A stretch of 62,712 bases of DNA, filler included, from Klebsormidium nitens (taxonomy: Eukaryota; Plantae; Klebsormidiophyceae): NCBI GenBank assembly GCA_000708835.1. It is 4 parts of 4 records of this genome, joined end to end, with 100 filler letters (N's around TTAATTAATTAA, not from the genome) between each part and the next. Parts side by side here need not be neighbours in the genome. Positions count along the whole stretch, not along the records: positions 1 to 26,605 come from DF237822.1; 3 more parts are not named here. One strand, written 5' to 3'. Positions 13,156 to 25,570 of the stretch are shown piece after piece (position 1 is the first letter of the stretch; each line of letters starts with the position of its first letter). The notes below the pieces were generated by a model that saw nothing but the letters and a program-made list of their open reading frames with translations, was not told the DNA's origin and searched no databases. Both the position numbers and the translations under genes were made by a program.

Positions 13156-13703
13156 GGGGCGATTCGCACCGGGGCAATTTTGCAGATCAGATTGGACCTC
13201 TTATCTGATCTGAAAGTTTCTCAGATCAAATAAGCCAATCTGATCTGCGCATAACCCGGGTAGCTTTCAGATAAGCGAAACTGCGCCGTTTTCCAGATCA
13301 GATAAGCACAAGTCAGATTGGAAGCCAGGAAAAGCTTCCAATTTGCACTTCGACGATAAAAGTGTCGATTGTACTGGTGCACGCATGATGTACACAGGGT
13401 GTACTGAGAAGGTACACAACTTTGCCTTGGCCGAGTACAAAAATGTACTCTAAAATGGACCCCCCACCTATCCTTTTAGCTCTACAGGCAAAGTCGTCTC
13501 GTCGTTTTGCTTTCTCAGATTCGACTTGAATCCGCAGAGCAATCTGGCCTCATATGCGAACGTTGCGCAAATTGAATCCGCGAATCTGCGCATATGTGCG
13601 AATGCTCCAACTTTCAGATCCACCAATCTGCGCTTATGTGCGAATGAATTTCAGATTCGTTATCTGGAAAGTTGGCCTTATCTGCCTGGGTGCGAATCGC
13701 CCC
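13156..13703. mobile_element. PIF/Harbinger (Tourist-like) MITE, 548 bp
   Basis: Perfect 15-bp TIRs GGGGCGATTCGCACC (13156-13170) and GGTGCGAATCGCCCC (13689-13703), with a 3-bp TCA duplication at 13153-13155 and 13704-13706. Many internal TCAGAT/ATCTGA repeats, including a 14-bp inverted pair at 13182-13195 and 13235-13248. No coding capacity. Confidence 0.8.
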
Positions 13704-13800
13704 TCAGTGATGTGGATCAGTGACAGTGAAGGAGGCGATGTCCTAGCTAATGTCGAACCTTCCCATCCTCGTGGCGACCACGGAACCGATCTTTCTGCTA

Positions 13801-14118
13801 CAGCAGTTTCGGGGCAGGCTTCCCGGTTGCGTTCTATAGATAGGGTGTATATAACTTACGCTAAATTTAGTCTAAGTTTAGTTGCGTTACCAGACCAATT
13901 GACGTCATAGATGAGACCAATATTGATACGTGGCAAAGACTCGGCGCGTCAGATGGGCCCTGAGCAGCGGATCTACGGCTCGGTGCTCACCTTGGTTTTA
14001 AATGACGTCAAAGCAAAAGCTAAAACTTAGACTAAATAGCCTAAACACAGACTAGAATTAGACCCTAAATACACCCTATCTATCGAACGCAACCGGGAAG
14101 CCTGCCCCGAAACTGCTG
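13801..14118. mobile_element. Tc1/mariner (Stowaway-like) MITE, 318 bp
   Basis: About 50-bp TIRs CAGCAGTTTCGGGGCAGGCTTCCCGGTTGCGTTC[T/G]ATAGATAGGGTGTAT with one mismatch, flanked by TA on both sides (13799-13800, 14119-14120). Weaker internal symmetry continues (TTTAGTCTAAG and TGACGTCAT in both orientations). Confidence 0.85.
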
Positions 14119-14175
14119 TACCAAGTCGCCGCGCCGTGATGCAGATTCGGTAACGGCTCCGTTACCATTCAGTGG

Positions 14176-14369
14176 GTATGAACAGTCTGGCACACCGGGC
14201 TGATCAGCTGCAGCACCGGGACTAGCACACCGACAAACGAAAGGGGAATCCTCGCCCCTTCCGCAGCGGATGGCCGGGTTCGAGAATCGAACAACACGAC
14301 CTTTCGGTCCAACCCCTTTTAGTGTGCTAGGTTAAGCACGACGCTCAACCAACTGAGCTAGCCCGAGGA
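14176..14369 (-). mobile_element. tRNA-derived SINE-like insert or tRNA pseudogene (tRNA-Ile-like head) between 21-bp direct repeats
   Basis: The minus strand reads GGGC-TAGCTCAGTTGGTTGAGCGTCGTGCTTAA...AAGGTCGTGTT-GTTCGATTC...CCCGGCCA, with A box and B box, a broken acceptor stem and extra sequence after the anticodon loop, followed by ~95 nt of non-tRNA body. An identical 21-mer GGCTCCGTTACCATTCAGTGG lies at 14155-14175 and 14370-14390. Confidence 0.6.
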
Positions 14370-14696
14370 GGCTCCGTTACCATTCAGTGGCCCGCAGGAT
14401 CGAGTCCGCAACCAATTAAGGACAAGGGTCCGAACTAGCATGAGGAGGAGCTATCTTTAAGGAGCTGCAGCGCAATGGTGCCCATCTGTGCACAGCATGC
14501 ATTGCGATTTGCACATGCCTTGATGAACCATATTTTGAAATTTGAGACGCAGTGGCGGCTGAGGGTGCGGCTACCACTAGACTTGATGCCACCTTTGATG
14601 GTAGACCCTTCCGTCCTCCAGAATGTGGCATACATTGAGGTCCTGACTTCGAGGCACTGGTGATTGTTTGTTGGTTGAGTTGACGAAGTACTGGCG

Positions 14697-17427
14697 ATGG
14701 CTTTGCGGCGCGCGCTCCTTTCATTGAAGGCACCCAGCTTTCACGCGCCATCTCGGGCATTGACGAGCAGTCACATGATTGCTGATTTGTCTCTTGATCG
14801 AGACATTGCCGAGGAAAGTGGTTGCAGTGAAGCGCAGGAAAGGTAAGTAAAAAGCAAATATGTCGGTCCCTGCATCACCGCTGTGCACCACTTGCTGCTG
14901 AATCCACTGGCACCCACCGCTACGATTGTTGATCCAATGAAGTTCAAGAGAATTCGACCAAAGGTGAGACGGGAGATTGGAGCCCACAAAAGGATTGAAA
15001 ACTTCAGTTGTAGACATATGAAGCTGGCCACATTGGTGGGAACCTCATGTGTTGGGAACTCAGCAATCAAGGCCACTCGACAGGGTGTGCGAGTGCACTT
15101 TCTTCTCATCAGCGGCAGTTCTGTTTACACCTCCTCCCACTGATCCTTGCTTTTCCTTCAGGCCTGCCTGTGCACCCAGCTCTGAAGCGCCCTCCACATC
15201 GTACACTCCGTCTCCGCCCTTCCCGCTGTTCCACTTGCACCGGGCAGCATTCCACCATGCTGTAGTGCACGCCGCGCCCGAGGCAGCTGCGCTGAGCTCT
15301 GGCGTGTCTCCGAGTGCCCTGGCGTCCATGGTGGCAGCGGGTCAGCAAATGAAGTCAGGGGGGACAGGCGGGGGGGGCACAACTCCAGGCACCAAGAACG
15401 GCCTCTGGAGGGGCGAACCTATGAAGCAGCTCACCATTGGGCTCAAGGTGAGGCGCGGCGTCAACGTGGCGCGCAATTGGGCGGTAGGAACGGAGGTGCA
15501 TCTGTGATTGGGAGACTTGTTGCCACTGTATTCATAGCTTTTTGCCAGGATCTAGCCCAGGGCAGTGTGTTCCAAACTTCGCGTGGGAGAGCTGATGAAC
15601 CTGAAGAAGGGTCGATAGCAGCAGAAGGCAAGGACTCTGTTGAAGTCAGGGGGAGATAAGGATAATCTCCCCTCTCTTTTTGGCTCTGTTTGTCCTTCCG
15701 CAGATCCTTCTGGTTCTTGTCATGCAACGCGTTTTGCTGTTTCTAGAGTCCCGTCAGTGGACGCACAGTCGATCGAACACAAGGGCATACCAACGCCCAA
15801 CAATACCAGCGACCTACGGAAACGAATATGGCTTGGCCAGCCGCTTTTGACATAGAAATGGGGCGATGAAAGTCAAATACCCGAACCTGGAGCGTGCTAT
15901 CTGTTGCCCCATGTTGAACGAGCACTGACCGGCACTTCGCCATCCAACCTGCGGACGTGCCCCACCCCCCGGCAATCGGAGGTCCGGGCGTTTGTAAGCG
16001 AGAGGCCGGAACGAACTGGTATCAATATTGCATTTCTTTACATGTACATGTACAGCGGATTCAGCGGTCTGACGTCATTCAGATGCACCAGCGATAGCAA
16101 CCTGGCGGAGAACTGGGAGTAAGCAGAGCAAACGACCGCTCGAGCGGGTCAGAGCATTGGAAGTCCCTTATGATCCTTGTGATCCCTTGATGAATCTTGC
16201 CTTCCCTTGCACTGTAGCGCATCGGGGGCCGCAATAACACGGGTCGCACCACCATCTGGCACCGCGGCGGGGGCCACAAGCGGCTATACCGCGTGATTGA
16301 CTTCAAGCGGCAGGGCCCGCTGGTGAACGACGTGCCAGCGATGGTGCAGCGCATCGAGTACGACCCCAACCGCAATGCGCACATTGCTCTCATTCGCTAC
16401 GTCAGCGGGCACGTGGCGTACATCCTGGCGCCAGAGGGGCTGGCGGCGGGGGACCCGGTCATGGCGGGGCAGCACGTGGACATCAAGCCGGGGAATGCGC
16501 TGCCCCTTGGAAACATACCCAGGTGGGGTGTCAGGCACGGCGGCCACAAACGGACAAAGACCAGCGAGCGCGTTCCTGCCAAGAAGCGTAACAAGGGAGC
16601 GTGCCTTGCGGTGTTCGTACTCGTCCAACAGATCGTTTCGTTATTCTTGTCGCTCTACCTGGCTCGCTCTACCCTGTCCAGTTCCTGGTCCTGTGAGCAT
16701 GCAGGGCCTGTCGTGCCTTCCTAGCTACAGCAAGGGTGGCTTCCTGATGACTCCGTCTGCTGTGCAGGGGTACTGTGATCCACAACATCGAGCTGACCCC
16801 CGGGCGAGGCGGGCAGCTGGTGCGGGCGGCTGGGGCGTCCGCGCAGCTCATTGGCCAAGTGGACCGCTACTCCCAGGTCAGCCCCGCTTGACGAACTGGG
16901 AAGGAGGCCAACTGTGCAGATTGGCCAACGTCTTAGCCCCGCTTGTTCCGTCCAATCAAATGCGGATGCAGCACTGATTGACTGTTTCATCCCTCTGGTA
17001 ACGCGGCATATCCTGAAAGCTTAGCTGGAGTTGTCCTCCACGAACGTGCATGTAAGCGGCCCGTTTTGGCAGAGTAGATGTTTATCTGCAAGCCCGTCCG
17101 CAGGTCCGGCTTCAGAGCGGGGAGATGCGCATGATCCTGGCCAAGTGCATGGCCACGGTGGGCAGTGTGTCGAACGCCAACTACCACAACATCAGTTGGG
17201 GCAAGGCCGGCAAGTCGCGCTGGCTGGGGTGGCGACCAACGGTGCGCGGTGTGGCCATGAACCCTGTGGACCATCCCCACGGAGGTGGTGAGGGTAAGAC
17301 GTCGGGGGGGCGGAAGGGCAGCATGTCGCCTTGGGCGAAACCGGCAAAGGGGGGCAAGACGAGAAACAAGAAGAAGGCCAGCACAAAGCTGATCATGTCG
17401 CGACGGAAAAAGCTGTCAGCAAGGTAG
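14697..17427 (+). CDS. RPL2: Nuclear-encoded mitochondrial ribosomal protein uL2, full length, 5 exons (14697-14842, 15162-15447, 16218-16522, 16768-16876, 17104-17427)
   Basis: L2 motifs [100 protein letters not shown] resembles the alphaproteobacterial/mitochondrial type. Exon 1 begins [25 protein letters not shown], which is R/S/A/L-rich and presequence-like. Splice phases join in frame. Confidence 0.9.
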
Positions 17428-19028
17428 TGCCATCCAGAACCTTGGCTTCGATACATCCAGCCTTGTGTAGACTACATGAGGGACGAGTTCGTAGGTATCT
17501 GCCTAGCCTGCTCGAGCAGCTCGTAAGGTTTATGCTTGAACCTGCTTGCTGCAGTCGCTTAAGTTGTCGCTTTTATGATGGCACAACTTGAAGTTGGCAC
17601 ATCGTATTACCATCACCTTGAAGCAAGGAAAGTACTCCACCAATCAGCTAACTAGTGTGCATCGATATTATTAGCCGGCGCTAACTTCAGCTAGCTAGCC
17701 TAGTCGAAATCAACCGTGATGGAGTCAGGATATATCTGCTAAGTTGTGTTCCGAGCTTCGTTGAACCTGGATACTGCCCATTGTGACGCGCCTTAAGCTA
17801 GTGTTCCGTGCGGGCCATTGGCTGAAGCTTGAAGTATTTTCTTGCCCCTGCTCAGTCAATCCGATGCAAGTGCAATGATGTCGCTAACATGCATCGACAG
17901 CAAAAGGGGTGGCCCGGCCTCTTTTACTGAGCTGATCGAAACTTAAGCACTCCTGTGAGTGAGGCCCGGGGCCTCTGTATATGTATATTGAAAATTCCCA
18001 ACTTCTATAATTTAAAGACAGCCAAAAGTTATTAAATAGAGCTATTTTGTATACATTGAATCATGAACTGTATGAAGCATGGAAGATCCGAATCAAACGT
18101 ACGATCGATAAATCTAATTGACTCGCATGTTCTTCAGATCATTCTTGCTATATAGCTTCCTACCTTGGTTTCCTTGAGGAAACGTACCATAAGAGGACGG
18201 TCGGAATTGGCTTCGCGAAGATCCGGATCTGCTCATGCATATGCTCAGTGTACGTATGCAGTCGGACATGCAGGCTGCGCGCTTAATTTATACAATCGAT
18301 GAACATGCACCAGCTAGCTACATGCATGTACGTTCACGCAATATATTTATAATTTAATTGAATCATTATGTGCATATATTGAATGAATGATCATTTCGAT
18401 CAAATTCCTTAACATGTCGGAAGATGGGAATTGACGCGGTCATGGACAATGATGTAATTGGACATGTGTTGGAATTAGTACGTGGAATGCATGAGGGCGG
18501 CCCGGCCCGTAGCTAGCTATATTAAACTTAGCTACCGGTATATAGGCGGCACCAACGTAATAACGGGGAGTCCGACCGCGACTTGACGGTCCTACTTAGT
18601 GAGGAGCTCATCGATCATGTTGCAGTGCATCTACCTTATATATTGCCATGCTGCCATGCAAAATTCCGAGTCAATTCCAGTAGCTAGTTAAAACTAAGCA
18701 TGGGATTTCCGATTTATCCTATATCACTGGCAGCCCAGGCTCGGAGTGACCGTCACGTACCCACGGTCAGTGACTCAGTGACCGGCGCGGCCGCGTTTAA
18801 GAATCTAGCTAGAACCCTAAAATCCAAAACCCTCGAGTCTGAGAGCCTGAACTCTAAAGCCCAATGTAAAACCCTTAAACCTCCGAAAGTGCTAACGTCG
18901 AACCAAGTTAGGGTTTTTGCGAGCTCTGGAAGAAAAGCAATCTGGCAAGAATGCCAAGCAAGATGTTCTAACTTCTGGTCAGAAAGCTGGCCCAGCTAGA
19001 TGCGCACCCCTTTGGTGGCAATTGCAGG

Positions 19029-22000
19029 ATGGCTTGCGTCCAACCCGCCTGTCTGGGGGCTGCGTGTGGGCCAACCCTAGGGGGGTGGGCCCAGCGTGAC
19101 GCTGTTGGCGGAGCAGGGCGAACCGTCCCGGCAGAAGCACTCAGACCGCGCAATGCGGGTGGTAATGGCATTTGCTGCACAGCTTCCTCCTGGTGGAATG
19201 AGCAGGAATACAAGCACTGTCACAGAGCTAGGCAATGGCGCCAAAGTAAATTCTTAGGAGCTGGTTGTGGGCACCATCAGCAGAATGCAGCTTTCCTACC
19301 ACCACCCACCTCACTTCAACAACTTCGTCACAGCCCTTCTGCCTCGCATCTGGCCTCACGAGCTCTTGTAGACCTGCACTGCTCACAATCGTCCAAGTCT
19401 CAACAACACTCTCGCTTTCAGGGCTGGCGTCAGCATTCTCAAAAGAGCAGGTCTGTCGCCGCTCGAGCAGGAGAGGGCGATGCTGAGCGACCAAGCGGGG
19501 AGGACGCTTCCACCAGCAGTACCGATCAGGGGGAGCCTCCGCAGACTTCTGACAGTGCCCGGGGAAGAGACCCCAATGAGCCGGAGGAGCGCTATGGCAA
19601 GGGGCCGTACCCCAACCCATACCCCATTCTGCCTCGCGAGCTGCAGCAGTGGCAGAAGCCAAAGCGCGATGTCCTTCCTGGGTACGAGATACACTACCAT
19701 GAAGACGGGCGGCGCTTCACGGAGGAGGAAGAAGAGGAGTTTGAGCTGCAGCGGAAGCTGGGCGTGGTGGACGCAGCGTACGAAGAATACGACCGCGAGT
19801 GCGCAGAGGCGTTTGCGCGGGGGGACTTTGCGCCCATCCCGCCCCCCCGGCTGATGCGGCTGCCGGCCAAGGTGTCAAACTTGATACAGACTGCCCGGGA
19901 CGGCATGACGTACATGGTGCCAGACGCCAACGTTTATGACCCGGGGATCAGCCTGGAGGACGCGCTGGCCAACATGCGCGCAGCGGTGGGCTACGACGAC
20001 TACCACCAGCAGGGCATCGTCACCGTCACAGGTTCGTACCGCACCACCCCCCCATCGCCCGTGGTGCAAAGCTCTGTGGCAACTTTCTGGGCGTATTCAA
20101 GGTGGACGCCACTGGAAAGCAAGTTTTGAAGAGCCTCTTTGCAGTCCAGACTATGAAAGACTTGACAAGGTTCACGCACTTCTTTGAAGGCAGAATCTGG
20201 AGAAGATACTGATGATACTGATGAAGAGCTTACGTCGATTTACAGATGACTCTGCGACCCGCGCTTGTACAAACAGACTCCAGATTGAACTCGAGCTTGT
20301 TGTGGGTAACACAAGCGCTCTCTCTTCGGTTACTGCCTAGGCGCCTGCCGGCATCCTGACTGGTGCGTGCGTGGTGCAGGGACGCAGGAGCTGTTCAAGA
20401 TGGAGGGGCAGTACACGTGGCTGTTTGAGGTGCGCACGGGGCGCTTCTTTGAGCAGTGGAAGAGCCCCCAGCTGTCGACCAGCCTGGGCTGGAATGGCAA
20501 CCAGAACGCCTCTGTGTGGGACGCCAACATGCAGGGCAAAGTACGCCTGCTCGATCTGGACGACCTTGAGGTGAGCCGCCGCCGCCACCGTGCTGGGGCA
20601 TCGCACTGGAAGGACCACCGCCGGTCATTGTCCGGGTCTGGGTTGCACCGTTCGGCTGCCTCTTCACGAGGGACAAGACAACCAAGGACAATCCTTGCAT
20701 TTTTGGTTGTTATAAAATGAAAACGACAAAAGGAGAATGCAGGGCGTAAGATAACGCACTCCACCAGTGAAGGCAGCCAGGTGGCTGTCTCAGATGCAAA
20801 GGCTGTCCTTGCTTACTCAACTCATCTGGGCTGCCTCTTGCTCCCCTCTGGTGAATTGGCTCTGCACACGGAGCGCTATCAAGGTCCCTGCCAGCCGTTC
20901 AGATTAGATCCTAGCCCTCTTGACCGGGCGCTGCGCACTGATTGCCGTACTTACATGGGGACTTGCAGGTGGTGCATCTGGCGCATTGGGTGCGCAGCGG
21001 GTACTACTTGAACCGAAGCCTGGAGGCCAAGCGGGTCATGACCTTGTCCATCCCCAACTACCAGCCCGAGCCGGGCGAGTTCCTGCTCCGCATCCGCATG
21101 ACCAAAAAAATGGTGAGGCAGTACCCCCATTGTCACTGGTTCTGGCCTGCGGACACCGCTGCAGACGTATGGCGGTTCTGGATCGATTGCTAGGAGCTCC
21201 AGGAGCATTGCAACCTGCTGTAATCCACTCTTCTGGTCGGTGTTGCGAGATTCATCGAGACTAGTACTCGGTTGCCCATGGAAAAGACTCGCCATCATGT
21301 CGAGGCTGCCAGGTCGGTACGTGTGTAGCGGTGAGCACATCAGAGGGTGCTCTCGCATCATTCTCTGGTGCCGTTGGTGGTGGCTGGCGTGCAGATCAAG
21401 GGCACCATCGTGTTTGACCGCGAGACGTGGCTGCCCAAGCGGCTAACCATGAAGGTGTTTGGCACCTGCGAGGAGCGGTGGGAGTTCAACGACTGGCGCA
21501 GGATGAAGGTGAGGTGCGGAACCTGAGGTGGTCGGGCCGGGCTCGTTGGCGGCCCTGTCAGAATCAACCCCGTCAGAACGCAAGAGCTCTGGGCACGGCT
21601 GCCCATACACTTGTTGCAAAGAACACGATTGCGCGGGATACTCTGGTGTGCTCCTGCAGCAGGCCGTGTATCACTTGCCTGGGTCGTTGCACTTGCCGCT
21701 TGGCACTGCAGATTCTGAAGTACTGTTTCGGGATGCCGCTGAGAGAGTCTGCCCGTGGTTTCGCAGCCGGGCCTGGCGTGCCTGCACCCGGTGGAGGTGA
21801 TCAAGGAGCACGTGGGCAGCGCGGGACGCACCGTGCTGCGAGTGGAGACGTTTGAGACGCGGCCGCCGCTGACCCAGGCGGAGGAGAACGAGGAGCTGCC
21901 GTTCGACGTGCCCATCATCCCGTACCAGGTGGCCTCCCCCGAAGACCCTGCGCCGCGCCAGTCCGTCAAGTGGGTCGGCGACGACATCGTCGACGTCCAG

Positions 22001-25000
22001 GTGAGGGTCGGGCGGCCGTGGCGGGACGGGAAGTGAAACACGTGCCGTGTACGCTAAGCATGGACGCACAGCGGTCGGGTCTGGAGGGACCGGTGAAGAA
22101 GTATGCCCCGACGCATATAAAAGCGAATCTGTGATCGATTTGGGACGGCCCACTGTTGTCCTGCCGCCGATTTGGCTGCTTAATGCACTGCAGGCTGCTG
22201 TGGCTGCCTTCGCTAACCCCCCATGGCTGCTGTTGTGGTCAGATGATCCGAACTGAGAGTGGACACAACCTGGTGCGGCCGCTGGTCGACGGCCAGGACA
22301 TTGGGTGAGCACACTGCTCACACACCCACATCGATAGTAGAAAGCGGCCAACAACTCGTTATAAAGTAACTTTCTCCGTGCTACCTGGCTTTCTTGATGT
22401 CGAGCAGTCAGCCCCCGCGCTTCGGACCTCAGGCGGATAAAGAATTGGCACAGCAAGGAGTCTGCCAGAGCACGCAGCCGAGCATATGGGCACTCGTATG
22501 CGGAAGCTCGTTGAATCTTCCGATGTTTGAGCGGTGTGCACAGCAGTGTCGTGCGGGGCCTGTTTCCTGGCGTCATGTGCGCGATGCGCTGCTGGTGTGC
22601 AGGCTGTACGTGGTGGATACGGGCGCCAGCATCATGACCATCACCAAGGAGCACGTGAGCAAGCCACCCCAGGATCGCCCCAGCACCGCTGTTCTGTGGA
22701 GCGTGGCCCTCCTCGCTTGTCCATTTCTATGTTGGCCAGCTCTTACCTCAGACCCCTGAAGTCTTCGCTTCTATTGGCCCCAAAGGGATGCCGAACGTCA
22801 CGCCGTGCATGCCTACCTCCCCATTACTCGCCTCTGCTCTTAGTCGCTGAGCGCGTTTCCTTGCTTGGCCTGGCGGTGCAGGCGACCCGGTTGGGCATGG
22901 AGCAATTTGGGGAGATCAACGTCGTGACAGCTACCGGCGAGGTGAGCCGCCCTCCGCTGCCCCCGGTGACACGGTGGGACGCCGCCTTATCCCGTGCATC
23001 CCGTGCTCTGCAAACAAGAGACTCCTGTACTCGTATCTTTTGCGGTTGCACTCATGGGTTCAGGCTCGTCCCCCCTCGTGAAGCGGGGCAACGTCTCTTT
23101 GACTTGAAGCGGCTTTAGGGCATGCGTGCTCTTCCTTGTCGCTGTCCCTGGCTGCCCCGCTGCTCCTCCCCGCTCACCGCGCCGCACCCCGTGTCACTGC
23201 TGCAGTTCCCGGCCCCCTTCCGGCGCGGCCGCACGTGGCAGCTGGGCCCGGTGGTGATCAGCGATCCGCTGTTCATGGAGGTGGACCACCTGGCGGAGCT
23301 GGTCACCGGCTACGACCCCGCGCTCGGGCCCGTCGTGGGCGCCGTCGGCCACGACCTCTTCTTCAGCGCCACCGTCCACGTGAGCACCCGCGCGGCACCT
23401 GCCAACGGGAAAACTGGATTGCGAATATGGCGTAACGTAAACAGCACAGCCCTGTTTGACCGGCTGTTCTTGCTCGGCCTTACCCCCCGCCTTTGTTGAG
23501 CTGAAAGATGGCCCAGACCTTTTTTGGCGTAAAAAGGGGAGTGCAGGAGTGAGAGGGCCCGCCTGGGCCGAAGTTGGACCCCTGCACACCGCTTGCCACA
23601 TCGGGCCCACTGCTCGGAGTCCAGGATTTAACTGCCGGTCTATTGGTTGTCGAGCCGGCTTGTACCGCTGCGCTACGGGTTTGCTGACTGTCCTGCCGGC
23701 GGTGCCGTTGCTCCGGTGCAGATGCGGCTGACCGAGGCCGGCACGGACGACGCGGGCATCCGGCTGCAGCGGCCCGAGAAGTACGAGGCGCTCCCCGACG
23801 ACGCCAGCCTCATGCAGGTGCGCGCCGCAGCACGCACCCGGATGCTACTGCAGCACGGCCCCGCGCCTCGATGGGGCTAGCTGGCCCGTTTATCCAGATG
23901 CTGTGGAAAGTTTGAAAGCTTCAACTGCTTCCTCCCTTTGGCGACCTGTGTTCTCGTGCCCGTCCTGTACGCACTATGCTGCTAGCGTGCCATGCCCCGG
24001 AGGCCCCGCGGCGCCGCCAGCTTTCCCGCACCCGCTTTTGGCTTACCGGAGCGCCGGCTTCCTTCCTTGTGTGTTGCAGCGCGTCCAGATGATCGGCGGC
24101 TGCCCCGTGGCGCGCGGCACGTTCGGGCGGTACACCGACCTGTTCCTGGTGGACACCGGCGCGGGCGGAGTGGACCTCATCTTCAACAAGCGGGGGGTGA
24201 GCGCGCCAACGACGGGTCCTAGGAACGGGAATGTCTTTCTTGGGGTATAGCGGACCTTGACGTCAGCCAGTTGTGCATTGCGGTCGTGGCATCTCTGCAC
24301 GTCCTTGTGCCCGGCTACTGCTGTCTTACGGATGCGCAGAGTGGCCGGCTGACAATCGGAGCGTGCGCACTGTTGGCAGGTGGCCAAGTACGACCTGCTA
24401 AACGCGCGGCGGCGGCGCGGCAACATGCGCATCAAGGGGGTCTCGCCATTCCCGGGCCAGGAGCAGAGCGCAGTTAGGGTGGGCGCACACCTCCGCACCT
24501 GCCCGCCTGGGCCTCATACAAGCAGCAAAGCAGGACTGCGCTCTGTCAGTTGCCTCGATGCTAATGAGATTCGAATTGTTTCAGGTGCTTGCTGTATAAT
24601 AGCATCGCTGCTTTTCATCGCGGGTACGAATGAGGCGACCTGGCTTGTCCGTGCAGTTATTCTCAGCTGAGATCCCCTTCGTTCTGGGGGGGTACACTTT
24701 CAAGCAGCCCAAGCAGGTACGTCCTTCCCCCTCGCTTTTTCCAAGTGTGCTTTTTGGACTGTCAGGCCGCTACGAGTTGCCTGCTTTTTGGGCTCCGAGC
24801 TGCGCGCAGGCAGTCCCGACAAAGAGGCAGGCGGGCCAGCCTGCATGAGGGGTCCTGCCCGGCTGACGCTGCTCCAGCAGCGCGGATGGCTGCGGGGTGG
24901 TGATGACGCTGAGCGGAGGGGTGGGTGTGCGTGCAGGCGCTGCTGTGCATCGAGGAGAACATGTTCGACATCTCCGAGTACGTCGTGGGCGTCATCTGCG

Positions 25001-25570
25001 GAGAACTGCTCGAGGTGAGGCCGCGCCAGAAGAGGCCCGCCGGGCAGCAAGCAGCTTGGCTGCTGTGAGGACACTTCTTTAGAAAGCGGAAGTGGTGGAA
25101 CCCCGGGCGTTAGAGCTTCTCAGGATCAAAGCGCTACTGTCCTCAGGAAAGACAACTGAGGTTTGAAGACAGGACTTGGCAGAGAGGAGGCGTTCTTGCG
25201 ATCGATGGAAGGGGATGCAGTACAGCTAGCACTTACGTGCAGCCTTGAATTGAACTGTTCCAGCATATTGTCAAACTGAAGTGGTCATCCGTTTCTCACC
25301 TGACGGGGTTGCGGAGTGCTTGGAGGCTACCTTCTCCCTTGTGACCGTGTCTGCTGCTCACCTGTGTGTACCTTTGCTCGACAGGGGAGCCGCATCATCT
25401 TCGATTACCCGCGGCTGCGGTGGGCGATCATCCGGGATCCCATCCCGGGTGAGGAGAAAGCTCCTTATGACTACGAGTTTGTGACCGAGTGGGAAAGCTT
25501 GTTTGGCCACAACGAGGAGTTGGCCCAACCGGTGGGTTTTGAGCTCAACAATAATCCTGTAAATTCTTGA
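19029..25570 (+). CDS. Multi-exon protein with a putative organellar transit peptide and two retropepsin-like aspartic protease domains
   Basis: Two catalytic-type motifs, LYVVDTGASIMTIT (~22603-22655) and LFLVDTGAGGVDLIFN (~24140-24190). Each is followed by the downstream glycine motif of clan AA proteases (VVGAVGHDLFFSATV; VVGVICGELL...RIIFDYPRLRWAI). Exon 1 has an R/S/A-rich N-terminus ending ...SRSVAARA. About 12 or more GT-AG exons; the internal boundaries are approximate. Confidence 0.75.

Noticed and set aside
527-25082. Numerous antisense and alternative-frame ORFs overlapping the GC-rich exons
   Set aside because: Shadow ORFs expected from high GC3 codon usage; none has a recognisable motif.
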